NCBI GenBank assembly: GCA_965116025.1
Contig: OZ220480.1
Location: forward strand, 32,001-96,000
Direction of reading: 5' to 3'
Source: an uncultured candidatus Porisulfidus sp.
GTDB taxonomy: Bacteria; Pseudomonadota; Gammaproteobacteria; Poriferisulfidales; Poriferisulfidaceae
DNA: 64,000 nucleotides
Shown here: positions 36,644 through 46,682 of the stretch, piece by piece
How positions within the stretch are numbered: the first letter of the stretch is position 1
Layout: each line of letters starts with the position of its first letter
Position numbers and translations under genes: made by a program
The notes under the pieces: generated by a model
What the model was told of the DNA's origin: nothing
The model's input: only the letters and a program-made list of their open reading frames with translations
Database searches by the model: none

Positions 36644-37417
36644 CTACCGAAAGATCCGCCGGAAAAACGCCCGCACGCTCTCGGTCGAGCGCCGGTCAGC
36701 TTCGGGATCGTATCGCAACGCCTCAATACCGTAACGCCCGGCGTCTGGATTGGTGAAGCCGTGGCGCGCGCCATCGTGACCGTGGAACTCGTATTCGACC
36801 CCGGCCTCGTCCAGCGCCGCGCGAAACGCGAGAACCCGCTCGCGCGGAACGACCGGGTCATCGTTCCCGTGCTCGACCAGAATCGCGGCCCGGATCGCCC
36901 TCGCCTGATCTTCGGTGGCGGGCGGCAGCGAGCCGTGCAGGCTGACCACGCCTTGGATATCCGCGCCGCTGTAGGCGAGCTGCATCACGGTCGCGCCGCC
37001 GAAGCAATAGCCGACCGCGGCGATTCTGTTTCCGTCCGTCAGCTCATGGGCGCGCAACAGCTTGATGCCGCGCCGCGCGCGCTTTCGCCAATCCGCGACA
37101 TCGGCGGTGACCATCCCCATCCATTCCCTGGCTCGCTCTGGGTGCTCGGTGACCTTTCCCGCGCCGTACATGTCCATAGCGAAAGCGACGTAGCCATCGG
37201 CGGCCATTCGCCGCGCCCGCGAGCGCGCATGCTCGTTCAGCCCCCACCATTCGTGCACCACCAAGACGCCGGGACGCCGGGCGGAATGGCCGTCGTCGTA
37301 GTAGACGTAGCCCCGGTGCGGAGCGCCGTCGAGATCGAAATCGACGGGCTCCTCGACGATATCGGCCGCCGCCACGCCACAGACCAGCAGGCAAAGCGTC
37401 GGCAGGACCGCTCTCAT
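36644..37417 (-). CDS. Dienelactone hydrolase family protein, probably exported
   Basis: HEWWGLN, GYCFGG nucleophile, HGFTNP; N-terminal signal peptide. Confidence 0.9.
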   Translation of the reverse strand: MRAVLPTLCLLVCGVAAADIVEEPVDFDLDGAPHRGYVYYDDGHSARRPGVLVVHEWWGLNEHARSRARRMAADGYVAFAMDMYGAGKVTEHPERAREWMGMVTADVADWRKRARRGIKLLRAHELTDGNRIAAVGYCFGGATVMQLAYSGADIQGVVSLHGSLPPATEDQARAIRAAILVEHGNDDPVVPRERVLAFRAALDEAGVEYEFHGHDGARHGFTNPDAGRYGIEALRYDPEADRRSTESVRAFFRRIFR

Positions 37418-38883
37418 TCGCCTTCCCCTCGCGTCCCATCATCCGGATTCGGCCGAAGCGTCTCGCGTAGCCGCTCGCTGACCCGCCTCGGATCAGCCTT
37501 GCCTCCCGACATCCTCATCGCCTGCCCGACGAAGAATCCGAGCAACCGATCCTCGCCGGCGCGATACCGCGCCACCTCGTCGGGATGTCGCTCGATGACC
37601 TGGCGGATCCACTGATCCAGATCGGCGCCCTCGCCGATCTGGCGCAACCCTCGCGCTTCGATGATCTCCTCGGCCTCGCCCTCGCCACGCCACATCGCGT
37701 CCAGCACCTCTTTCGCCGCGCTACTGGAAACGGTGCGGTCGTCGACGCGCCTGAGCAACCGCGCCAGCGATTCCGCGGACACCGGCGGCTCGGCCGCCCC
37801 GGCCGAGCTCTTGCGCATGCGGGCGAAAACCTCGCCGGTGATCCAGCGGGCCGCGGCGGTCGCGCGAGCGCCGGCCTCGACGACCGCCTCGAAATAATCG
37901 GCCCAGTTTCGACTCCGCGCCAGCGCCGCGGCCAGATCGGGATCCAGCGCATGCCGCTCGATCCACCGGTCCTTGCGAGACTGAGGCAACTCTGGAATCG
38001 ATCTGGCCAGTTCTTCCCGCATCGCCTCGTCGACGACGACCGGCAACAGGTCCGGGTCAGGAAAGTACCGGTAATCGTCCGCGCGCTCCTTGACGCGCAT
38101 CGGGCGAGTGCGGTCGCTTTCCGGGTCGTACTGCCGGGTTTCCTGTATGATCGTCCGACCGCTCTCCAAGGCATCGATCTGACGCTCCCGCTCGTAGCGC
38201 AACGCGCGCTCGACGAAGCGGAAGGAATTAATATTCTTGATCTCGACCTTGACGCCCAGCTCCGACTCGCCCGCGCGGCGCACGGAGACGTTCGCGTCGC
38301 AACGAAACGAGCCCTGCTCCATGTTTCCGTCGCAGATCTCCAGGAACGTCACGATGCCGTGCAGAGCGCGCATGTAGGCGGACGCCTCCTCGGGAGAGCG
38401 CATTCGCGGCTCCGAAACGATCTCCATCAACGGCACGCCAGCGCGGTTGAGGTCCACCGCGCTCTCCCCACCGAGTCCCTCGTGCAGCAGCTTGCCAGCG
38501 TCTTCCTCCAGATGCGCCCGGGTCAGCGCGATCCGGCGGCGGGCTCCGTCCGGGAGCTCGATCTCGACCGAGCCGCCCTCGACGATCGGCGCCTCGTACT
38601 GGCTGATCTGATAGCCGCGCGGGAGATCCGGATAAAAGTAGTTCTTTCGCTCGAAGACGCAAGGCGAGCGGATCTCCGCTCCGACCGCGAGCCCGAACCG
38701 GACGGCCATGCGAATGGCCTCGCGGTTGACCGTCGGCAACACGCCCGGCAGCGCCAAGTCGATGCCGCAGGCCTGGCGGTTCGGCTCCGCCCCGTACCGC
38801 GTCGAGGCGGTGGAGAACAGCTTGCTCCGGGTCGACAGCTGGGCATGGACCTCCAGCCCGATCACGGTCTCCCACGCGCTCAC
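37414..38883 (-). CDS. gatB: Asp/Glu-tRNA amidotransferase subunit B
   Basis: GTG start; [36 protein letters not shown]. Confidence 0.97.
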   Translation of the reverse strand: MSAWETVIGLEVHAQLSTRSKLFSTASTRYGAEPNRQACGIDLALPGVLPTVNREAIRMAVRFGLAVGAEIRSPCVFERKNYFYPDLPRGYQISQYEAPIVEGGSVEIELPDGARRRIALTRAHLEEDAGKLLHEGLGGESAVDLNRAGVPLMEIVSEPRMRSPEEASAYMRALHGIVTFLEICDGNMEQGSFRCDANVSVRRAGESELGVKVEIKNINSFRFVERALRYERERQIDALESGRTIIQETRQYDPESDRTRPMRVKERADDYRYFPDPDLLPVVVDEAMREELARSIPELPQSRKDRWIERHALDPDLAAALARSRNWADYFEAVVEAGARATAAARWITGEVFARMRKSSAGAAEPPVSAESLARLLRRVDDRTVSSSAAKEVLDAMWRGEGEAEEIIEARGLRQIGEGADLDQWIRQVIERHPDEVARYRAGEDRLLGFFVGQAMRMSGGKADPRRVSERLRETLRPNPDDGTRGEGE

Positions 38884-40334
38884 GCGAACCCCGGCGGCGC
38901 CTGTCGGTGCCAGTCCGTCTCCCGCTGCCAAGCGGCGCCCAGGCTCAGCAGGCGCCCCTCCTCGAAATAGTTCCCGATCAACTGCGCGCCGGTCGGCAGG
39001 CCCTCCACCGGTCGCGTCGGCAACGACAGCGCCGGCAGGCCCGCGAGATTGATCGGAACGGTATAGCGGTCCATCTGGTACATCGCGACCGGATCCCGCG
39101 TCTTCTCGCCAAGCCGGAACGGAAAGGTCGGCGAGACCGGGGCCGCGATCGCGTCGACCGTCTCGAACGCCCGCTGGAAATCCTGCTGGATCAAGCGCCG
39201 GGCGCGCCGGGCGCGGTCGTAGTACGCGTCGCGATAGCCCGCGGACAAGGCGTAAGTCCCAGCCATGACGCGGCGGCGCGTCTCCGCGCCGAAGCCCTCC
39301 TCGCGCGAGCGGCAGAACAAGTCTTCCAGATCCGCCGGATCCTGGCAACGATGCCCGTAGCGCACGCCGTCGTAGCGCGCCAGATTGGAAGAGCACTCGG
39401 CCATGGCGATCACGTAGTAGGCCGGCGTGGCGAGCGACAGGTTCGGCAACGAGATATCGACCAGCCCGGCGCCCAGCGCTTCCCAGGTCTTGACGGCCTC
39501 CTCCACGGACTCCCGGATCCGCTCGTCCAGCCGAGCGTCGAAAAACTCCTTAGGGAGCCCAAGGCGCATGCCCTCAGGCGAGCGCGTCATCTCCTGACCG
39601 TAGTCCGGCACGGGGCGCTCCACGCTGGTCGAGTCGCGGGGATCGAATCCCGCCATCGCGCCGAGCAGGTCGGCGCAGTCCTCGACGCTCACGCCCAGCG
39701 CGCCGCCCTGGTCCAGGCTCGAGGCGTAAGCCACCATCCCGAAACGCGAGACCCGCCCATAGGTGGGCTTCAGACCGGTCACGCCGCAAAACGCGGCCGG
39801 CTGCCGGATCGAACCACCCGTGTCGGTCGCGGTGGCCACCGGAGCCAAGCGCGCCGCCACGGCGGCGGCCGAGCCCCCGCTGGAGCCGCCCGGGACCCGC
39901 TCTGGATCCCAAGGGTTGCGAACCGGACCATAGTAGCTGGTCTCGCTGGACGAGCCCATTCCGAACTCGTCCATATTCGTCTTGCCTAGCATCACCATGC
40001 CGGCCGTCTCCAGCCGCTCCACGACCGCCGCGTCGTACGGGGAGACGAACGCGTCCAGCATGCGCGATCCGCAACTGGTCCGCGCGCCGCGCGCGCAGAA
40101 GATGTCCTTGTGCGCCAGCGGGAGCCCGGTCAGCGGTCCGGCTTCCCCCGCGGCGCGCGCGCGGTCCGCCGCCTCGGCCCGCGCCAAGGCCCGCTCCTCC
40201 GTCACCGTGATGAAACTGTTGAGTTCCGCGTCGCGCGCCCGGATGCGGTCGAGATAGAGCCGCGTCAACTCGACGCTGGACACGTCCCCGGCGCGCAGCG
40301 CCCGCGCCTGCTCGCGCAAGGTACGCTCGAGCAT
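38880..40334 (-). CDS. gatA: Asp/Glu-tRNA amidotransferase subunit A
   Basis: [29 protein letters not shown] amidase signature. Confidence 0.97.
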   Translation of the reverse strand: MLERTLREQARALRAGDVSSVELTRLYLDRIRARDAELNSFITVTEERALARAEAADRARAAGEAGPLTGLPLAHKDIFCARGARTSCGSRMLDAFVSPYDAAVVERLETAGMVMLGKTNMDEFGMGSSSETSYYGPVRNPWDPERVPGGSSGGSAAAVAARLAPVATATDTGGSIRQPAAFCGVTGLKPTYGRVSRFGMVAYASSLDQGGALGVSVEDCADLLGAMAGFDPRDSTSVERPVPDYGQEMTRSPEGMRLGLPKEFFDARLDERIRESVEEAVKTWEALGAGLVDISLPNLSLATPAYYVIAMAECSSNLARYDGVRYGHRCQDPADLEDLFCRSREEGFGAETRRRVMAGTYALSAGYRDAYYDRARRARRLIQQDFQRAFETVDAIAAPVSPTFPFRLGEKTRDPVAMYQMDRYTVPINLAGLPALSLPTRPVEGLPTGAQLIGNYFEEGRLLSLGAAWQRETDWHRQAPPGFA

Positions 40335-40627
40335 CAGCCGGAATCCAGCACCGAGGGGACCCGGTACAGGCCCGCGCGCGCGTCCGGAGCGAGCGCCTGA
40401 TAGTCCTCCCGCCGATCCGGCTCGGTCACCGCGTCCTCGCGCAAGCGCTGAGTGATCTCGAGCGGATGCGCCAGCGGCTCCACGCCCTCGACGTTCGCCT
40501 CTTCGAGCAAAGCGAAAAACTCCAGAATCGCCTCCATATCGCGGATCAGTCCCTCCTCTTCCAAAGCGGCGGGGCGGAGGCGAGCGAGCCGCGCGATGGC
40601 GCGCGCGGTGTCGACGGTCAAGTCCAT
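40334..40627 (-). CDS. gatC: Asp/Glu-tRNA amidotransferase subunit C
   Basis: [24 protein letters not shown]; operon position. Confidence 0.93.
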   Translation of the reverse strand: MDLTVDTARAIARLARLRPAALEEEGLIRDMEAILEFFALLEEANVEGVEPLAHPLEITQRLREDAVTEPDRREDYQALAPDARAGLYRVPSVLDSG

Positions 40628-40734
40628 GGGCGAGACGGGTTTTCGGGCGCCGCGAGGCGGCGAGTTGCTTTAAAGTATAGCCGGGAAGCGGGAAGGTATG
40701 CTAAATTGGCGCCGCGAAACTTCAGGAAGCCTCC

Positions 40735-41772
40735 ATGTTCCGGCATCTTTTCCGCAATGACATGTCCATCGATCTGGGCACGGCGAACACGCTGGTGTGC
40801 GTCCCGGGCGAAGGCGTGGTGCTGAACGAGCCCTCGGTGGTGGCGATCCGCAAATATACGTCCCAGAACAAGCCGCTGGTCGAGGCCGTCGGCAGCGACG
40901 CCAAGCTCATGCTTGGCCGGCACGCGCAGAACATCGAGGTGGTGCGACCCTTGCGCGACGGAGTGGTCGCCGACTTCGCGACCGCCGAGAAGATGCTTCA
41001 GTTCTTCATCCGCAAGGCCAACCGGAGACGGCTGCTCAACCTTGGCCCACGAGTGCTGGTCTGCGTGCCCGTCGGCGCCACCCCGGTCGAGCGCCGGGCG
41101 ATCCAAGGTGCCGCGGAGGCGGCCGGAGCGCGCAAGGTCTACCTCTACGCGGAACCGTTGCTGGCCGCGCTGGGCGCGGGCCTGAACATCTCAGAGCCCA
41201 AAGGCCACTTCATTCTGGACATCGGCGGCGGCACGTCGGAGGTCGCGGTGCTCTCGCTCAACGATATCGTGCACGCCGACTCCTTGCGCACGGCCGGAGA
41301 TCACTTCAACGAGAACATCATGGAATACGTGCGAACCGAGTGCAGATTGCTGATCGGCGAGGCGACCGCGGAGCAGATCAAGCACCGGATCGGCAGCGCC
41401 TATCCCCCGCAAACGGTCGAGGAGATGGACGTGAGCGGCCGCGACGCGGCCGAAGGCAATCCGCGCACCATCACCGTCAACAGCAGCCAGATCAACGAGG
41501 CCATGCGGGAGCCGTTGCAAACAATCCTGAACAAGGTCCACGCCGTGCTGGAGGTGACCCCGCCCGACCTGACCGCGGATATCATGGAGCACGGAATCGT
41601 GGTCACCGGCGGCGGCGCGATGCTGACCGGCATCGACGAGCTGCTCCGGCAGGAAGTCAAGGTTCCCGTCGTCATCGCCGACGAGCCCCTGCATTGCGTG
41701 GCGCGCGGCGGGAGCAGGGCTCTGGAAGACAACATCGAGCTTCGGCAGGATTCCCAAGCCTTCGCGCGGTGA
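40735..41772 (+). CDS. mreB: Rod shape-determining protein MreB
   Basis: IDLGTANTL, EPSVVA, RPLRDG, DIGGGTSEVA, TGGGA. Confidence 0.96.
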   Translation: MFRHLFRNDMSIDLGTANTLVCVPGEGVVLNEPSVVAIRKYTSQNKPLVEAVGSDAKLMLGRHAQNIEVVRPLRDGVVADFATAEKMLQFFIRKANRRRLLNLGPRVLVCVPVGATPVERRAIQGAAEAAGARKVYLYAEPLLAALGAGLNISEPKGHFILDIGGGTSEVAVLSLNDIVHADSLRTAGDHFNENIMEYVRTECRLLIGEATAEQIKHRIGSAYPPQTVEEMDVSGRDAAEGNPRTITVNSSQINEAMREPLQTILNKVHAVLEVTPPDLTADIMEHGIVVTGGGAMLTGIDELLRQEVKVPVVIADEPLHCVARGGSRALEDNIELRQDSQAFAR

Positions 41773-41777
41773 CCCGG

Positions 41778-42641
41778 ATGCCTGGCGGGCGGTTCGGCCG
41801 GGCCGCGCGGCCCAACACCGACATGCTCCGGACCCGGCTGATCGTCAGCCTGGTCGCGGCCGTCATGCTGGCTGGCGTGGATCACCGCTACGCCGTGGTC
41901 GACCGAGCGGCCCCCCTGGTCAACCTCGTCCTCCTGCCCATCACCAAGGCCGCGACCTTGCCCGCGGATCTGTTCGAATGGGTCTCCCGCCATTACCGAG
42001 GCGTCCAGGAACTGACCGAGGAGAACCGGGAGATCCGGAGGCAATTGCTGGAGAATTCCTTTCGCGTGGAAGCCCTGGACGCGCTGAAGAAGGAGAACCA
42101 GCGCCTGCGCGCCTTGGCGCGGCTGGAAATCGAGGAGGGCGAGCGTAAGACGCGAGTCGCCGAGGTCACGAAAGACAACACCCACGCGTTCCGCCAAACC
42201 ATCGCCGTCAACCGCGGCTCCCGCGACGATGTCTACGTCGGCCAGCCGGTGATGGACGAGCGCGGCATCGTCGGCCAGATCACGGCAACCGGCCTGTTCC
42301 AGTCCACCGTCTTGCTGATCACCGACGTCAGCCATGCCCTGCTGGCGCGCAACGCGCGCACCGGCGACCGATATCTGGCGCACGGAAACGGGCAAGGGCT
42401 GACCCTTCGGTACGTGCCGCGCCACAACGATCTTGAGCCCGGCGACATCCTGCTGACCTCGGGCCTCGACGACACCTATCCCGGACAGCACATGGTGGGC
42501 CGGGTCACGCGGGTCACCGCCCAGCCGGGCAGAGACTTCCTGGAAGCGGACGTCCAGGCCGCCGCGCAACTGCATCGGAACCGGGAGGTGCTCTTGGTCT
42601 GGTACCGAAAACCCGCGAGAGGGGCCGACCATGCGGATTGA
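41778..42641 (+). CDS. mreC: Rod shape-determining protein MreC
   Basis: N-terminal TM, coiled coil ENQRLR, GIVGQI, GDILLTSGL; follows mreB. Confidence 0.9.
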   Translation: MPGGRFGRAARPNTDMLRTRLIVSLVAAVMLAGVDHRYAVVDRAAPLVNLVLLPITKAATLPADLFEWVSRHYRGVQELTEENREIRRQLLENSFRVEALDALKKENQRLRALARLEIEEGERKTRVAEVTKDNTHAFRQTIAVNRGSRDDVYVGQPVMDERGIVGQITATGLFQSTVLLITDVSHALLARNARTGDRYLAHGNGQGLTLRYVPRHNDLEPGDILLTSGLDDTYPGQHMVGRVTRVTAQPGRDFLEADVQAAAQLHRNREVLLVWYRKPARGADHAD

Positions 42642-43116
42642 GAGGTGGCGACTCTATCAGGCGTCGAGCCTGCTCGTGGCCGTCACCCTGTCGGCCTGGC
42701 CGCTCCCGGAGTCGTACGCCCCGTGGCAACCTCAGTGGGCCGCGATGATCATGATTTTCTGGATCTCCGTCAAACCGGACAAGGTCGGGTTCGGGATGGC
42801 CTGGGCGGCTGGCCTGCTCAACGACCTCGTCGTCGGAAGCTGGATCGGCGTTCACGCGTTCAGCTATTGCCTGATCGCGTTTTTGTGCATCCGGTTCTAC
42901 CGCGTGCTGCAACTCTCTACCACCATGCAGAAAACCCTTCCGGTCGGGCTCCTGCTAACGCTGCACCTGGGTTGCATGCACCTGTCCTCGATCTTTCTCT
43001 CCAACGTGAATCCCGGCCTGGAATATTGGGCCTGCCTGCCCGCCAGCCTGCTGGCATGGCCAGCCCTGCACTGGTTGCTGGAAAAAACCCTGACGGAAGA
43101 GCGGCGAAAGGACTAG
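42631..43116 (+). CDS. mreD: Rod shape-determining protein MreD
   Basis: Hydrophobic, PQW..FW..P..VG..AW..GLL.D..LG; follows mreC. Confidence 0.88.
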   Translation: MRIERWRLYQASSLLVAVTLSAWPLPESYAPWQPQWAAMIMIFWISVKPDKVGFGMAWAAGLLNDLVVGSWIGVHAFSYCLIAFLCIRFYRVLQLSTTMQKTLPVGLLLTLHLGCMHLSSIFLSNVNPGLEYWACLPASLLAWPALHWLLEKTLTEERRKD

Positions 43117-43140
43117 GAACGAATCCAGAGCGTCGCTCCG

Positions 43141-43713
43141 CTATGGATAGCGCTCCAGCCAGCGCGTCACCGCGTCCAACTGCGGCGATGATCCCATCGG
43201 CCGCAACAGTCCCTGGGCGCGGCGAAACGCGACTCGGGCCGCCTCCTTCTCTCCCAACAGAACGTAAACGTTGCCCAGCTCGCCAAGGAGGTCCGGATGC
43301 TTGGGCCAACGCTCCGTCAGGTCCCGATACGCCCGTTCCGCGCCCGCCAAGTCTCGTTGCCGCAACAGCTTTCGGGCGCGACTCCACGATTCGTACAACG
43401 CTTCCGCCTCGTGGTCACGCGCGGGCGCCTGGACTCGCTCGGGCGTGGGCGCCGGCGCCGGGCCGGAATCGGCTTCTTTCCGAGATTCCTCCGGCCCGGA
43501 GACTGGCTTGACGGGTTCCGTAACCTCCACCTCGGGCTGGTTGATCACGCCCCGAAGAGACGGCAACTGATCGGCCTCGAACAGAGGCTCCGTCTTCAAA
43601 CCCGGAACCCAGCTCGCGTCCGGACTCATCCTCCATCCGAGAAACAGCAACGTCGCCACGATGGCGACGACCAGCAGATGACTGGCGACGCGAGAACTCC
43701 AGCGGATTCTCAT
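43141..43713 (-). CDS. Membrane-anchored TPR-containing hypothetical protein
   Basis: N-terminal TM, Pro-rich linker, TPR-like AERAY..WPKHPDLLGELGNVY. Confidence 0.6.
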   Translation of the reverse strand: MRIRWSSRVASHLLVVAIVATLLFLGWRMSPDASWVPGLKTEPLFEADQLPSLRGVINQPEVEVTEPVKPVSGPEESRKEADSGPAPAPTPERVQAPARDHEAEALYESWSRARKLLRQRDLAGAERAYRDLTERWPKHPDLLGELGNVYVLLGEKEAARVAFRRAQGLLRPMGSSPQLDAVTRWLERYP

Positions 43714-43994
43714 GGCGCCGCCCGGCGCATCCCTGGAGTCAGGCGCATGCGCGACAAAGGATAGACATACGGCATGTCCGTCAGCGCGTCAGGAGAATAC
43801 AAGCTCGCCGAATTCGCCGGCGGCGCGAGCGTCTCTCCTCTCGGCGCGGACGCCGCCTCGACCGGCGATCCTCCTTCCGCGGACGTCAGGAGATCCGACG
43901 ACGCGGGATCTTCCGCCACCGGGTCGCTCGCCCGCGCCGGAACGCATGCGAAGGCGAGCGCCAGGGACAGGGAAAAAGCCCGAAAACCAAGCAT
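43710..43994 (-). CDS. Hypothetical exported protein
   Basis: Signal-peptide-like N-terminus; stop overlaps the next ATG. Confidence 0.4.
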   Translation of the reverse strand: MLGFRAFSLSLALAFACVPARASDPVAEDPASSDLLTSAEGGSPVEAASAPRGETLAPPANSASLYSPDALTDMPYVYPLSRMRLTPGMRRAAP

Positions 43995-44048
43995 CTTCTT
44001 GATGTCGGAAAGGTCTGGAGGCGAGGGTCATATTATACTGTCGCGCCT

Positions 44049-45161
44049 ATGGGCAGGGTGCTGATTCCCGACTGGACGTGGATCGCCCGACAGGAGGCTC
44101 TGCGAAGCTTTCTTGATCGCGTCGCCAACGCGCCTTGGCTCGCGCTCGACACGGAGTTCTTGCGCATCCATTCCTACTACCCGGAACTCTGCCTGATCCA
44201 GATCTCGGACGGCTCCGAGCACGCCCTGATCGACGCGAAGGCCAACTTGGACTTGTCCGCGCTGGTGGAACGGTTGCGCGAATCCGATCAGGTCAGCGTC
44301 CTGCACGCTTGCCTGCAGGATGTCGAGATCATGCACCACGACTTCGACCTCATCCCTGGAAACGTGTTCGACACCCAGACCGCTTGGGCCCTGCTCGGAC
44401 ATGGCTTCCAGATCAGCTACGCCGCCATGGTCGAGCGGAAACTGGGAATCACGCTCGACAAGTCGCAAACGCGCAGTTGGTGGGATCGCCGGCCGCTGAA
44501 ACCCGCCCAACTCCGGTACGCCCTGCTGGATGTCGTGCATCTCGGATCCGTCTATCAGAAGCTGGCGGAAGAGCTGGAAGCGCGAGGACGGCTAGACTGG
44601 ATGCGGGAAGAAATGGAGCGGACGCTGACTCCGGCGACCTGGGTCCCGGACCCGGACCAGATTTGGAGGCGGATCCGCACTTCCAAAGGCAACGTCCCCC
44701 CTACGCACATGCATGTGCTGCGGAGTCTGGGACGCTGGCGAGAGCTTCTCGCCAGACATCGGGACCAGGCGCGCGGCCGCATCGCGTCGGATGAGGCCCT
44801 GGTGGATCTCGCCAGCGCCACGCCGTCGAACCGAAAGGCTTTCGAGCGCGTGGTCGCGGGCAGAGTCTGCCGGAAACTGCGAGACGAGCTCTGGGAAGCC
44901 CTGCGGCTCGCCGAGGATGACCCGCCGCTCGCGCTGAATTCCATGCACTGGGAAGAGCGCAATGAGCAGCGCAGGAAAGCGAAAGCCCTGGCTGGCATCG
45001 TCCGCGAGGTCTCCCAAGATATCCGAGTCTCGCCAGAATTACTCGCGCCGCGCGCCATGCTGATGGAGCTTTTGGACCAGACCCCTGATCCAGCCGTGCT
45101 CCAGGGGTGGCGCGGCGAGACGGTCGGCCCGGCCCTGACCCAGGCGCTTGATGCCTTCTGA
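44049..45161 (+). CDS. rnd: Ribonuclease D
   Basis: ALDTEF, DTQ, YALLDV DEDDy exonuclease motifs, HRDC-like region, GWR C-terminus. Confidence 0.88.
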   Translation: MGRVLIPDWTWIARQEALRSFLDRVANAPWLALDTEFLRIHSYYPELCLIQISDGSEHALIDAKANLDLSALVERLRESDQVSVLHACLQDVEIMHHDFDLIPGNVFDTQTAWALLGHGFQISYAAMVERKLGITLDKSQTRSWWDRRPLKPAQLRYALLDVVHLGSVYQKLAEELEARGRLDWMREEMERTLTPATWVPDPDQIWRRIRTSKGNVPPTHMHVLRSLGRWRELLARHRDQARGRIASDEALVDLASATPSNRKAFERVVAGRVCRKLRDELWEALRLAEDDPPLALNSMHWEERNEQRRKAKALAGIVREVSQDIRVSPELLAPRAMLMELLDQTPDPAVLQGWRGETVGPALTQALDAF

Positions 45162-45621
45162 ATCCGGCGCGGACGCATTGAGCCTTCTTCTGAAGAAAGT
45201 TCGGGAAGTCGCGCCGAATCGGAACATGCTCCTGATCTCCGATCATCCGCCGACACGATTGCCGAGGTGGATCGAAGCGACGCTGTCGAGCGCCGAAACC
45301 CTGGCGGCGACCCGTATGGAATCGCGACGCGCATGCGGGCTCGTCCTGACTCCGCTGGTGGAGCCGGAGAACGTGGACGCGGTCATCGCGCGCTCGCGCG
45401 ATTTCCTGACGCGGGAGCTATACGTTCTGCACCCTGGCGACGCCCTGGAGCAAGCCCGGCGAATGGGCGCGCTGGGACTGCGCCTACTGGACGCGTTCGA
45501 CGCCAACGGCCAACCCTGGGGGCTGAGCCACTTCAGCCTGAAGACCTACAAGAAAACGCCCAACTGGCTGAACAGTCGCCACTGGGCCAATCCCCGGCTT
45601 TGGGACCGGTTTCGCTGGTGA
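45148..45621 (+). CDS. Conserved hypothetical protein (DUF6231-like)
   Basis: C-terminus YKKTPNWLNSRHWANPRLWDRFRW recognised from memory. Confidence 0.65.
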   Translation: MMPSESGADALSLLLKKVREVAPNRNMLLISDHPPTRLPRWIEATLSSAETLAATRMESRRACGLVLTPLVEPENVDAVIARSRDFLTRELYVLHPGDALEQARRMGALGLRLLDAFDANGQPWGLSHFSLKTYKKTPNWLNSRHWANPRLWDRFRW

Positions 45622-45627
45622 ACCGGA

Positions 45628-46380
45628 TCAGCCCTGGTCGCCCGCGTCGCACAAAACCCGAACTTCCGGCGGAACGTCGTCTGGACAACGCCCGCACCGC
45701 TCGTTGGCGGGAACGGAAAAACTCATTTTCTTGGGATGGGGCAATCTCAGATCGTTCATGATTCTCACGAAATCCTCCTCGCCACGGTCGTCCTTGAGGC
45801 GGGGATTGCGCGCCTTCTCCTGGCCCACGGTGGACACGCGCCGCCCTTCGTAGTCATGCGCGGGATAGACCAGAGTTTCGTCGGGGCGAGAAAATAATTT
45901 TTCATGGATCGAGCGATACAGCGTGGCGGCGTCCCCCATCTGGAAATCCGTCCGTCCGCAAGCGTCGATCAGCAACGCGTCGCCCGTGAACAGCCAGTCT
46001 CCGCTCGGAGAGTGGAATAGATAGGCATGATGGGTGTCGGTATGTCCCGGGGTGAACAGCGGATGGATCTCCAAGGTTCCAACGCGGAACGTCTCGCCCT
46101 CGCGAACCCCGATATCCCGGCAGGGAAGGTCGTCCATCGCCGCGCCCGCGATTTTGCAATCGGCGAGCGCCTTGAGCTTGAACGCCCCGCTCACATGATC
46201 CGCGTGGATGTGCGTATCCAGAGCGTAGGAAAGCTTCAGCCCCATGTCGCGCAGGGTCTCGAGATCGCGATTCACCGTCTCCAGAACTGGATCGATAAGC
46301 GCCGTCTCGCCCGTCTGCGGACAGCCGAGCAAATAGGTATACGTAAAAGATTCCGGTTCGAAAAGCTGTCTGAAAATCAT
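45628..46380 (-). CDS. MBL-fold persulfide dioxygenase (ETHE1/PDO-like)
   Basis: MIFRQLFE..TYTYLL, THIHADH, TPGHT, GCGRTDF-like, YPAHDY. Confidence 0.88.
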   Translation of the reverse strand: MIFRQLFEPESFTYTYLLGCPQTGETALIDPVLETVNRDLETLRDMGLKLSYALDTHIHADHVSGAFKLKALADCKIAGAAMDDLPCRDIGVREGETFRVGTLEIHPLFTPGHTDTHHAYLFHSPSGDWLFTGDALLIDACGRTDFQMGDAATLYRSIHEKLFSRPDETLVYPAHDYEGRRVSTVGQEKARNPRLKDDRGEEDFVRIMNDLRLPHPKKMSFSVPANERCGRCPDDVPPEVRVLCDAGDQG

Positions 46381-46682
46381 CGCGACCCGCGCTCGGAGCA
46401 ACTCCCGCATGACCTACGGATTTGAGATTATACCCACACCCCCGCACGCCTCATTGCCCGCGCGACCTCAATGTCCTGCCAAATCGCGCGGGCGGTGAAA
46501 TCTTCGCGTGTGGGCGCGTTTTCGCCTCGCGACGATCGCGGCACGGAATTCGCCCAGCACCAAACCAACCGTCCCAGCAACCCGCCTCGTCACCTCATGT
46601 TTTACAATCTGCCCGCTCACGAGATGGAATCAGCCCGTCATCCTGACCAGTCAAGAGTTTTTCACCACCACTCCTCAAGACC

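Noticed and set aside
37414-39396. 660-aa gatB and other over-extended ORF-track starts (mreC 40797, rplD 23581, rpsQ 20021, rplE 18826)
   Set aside because: The extensions overlap upstream genes; downstream starts match the conserved N-termini.
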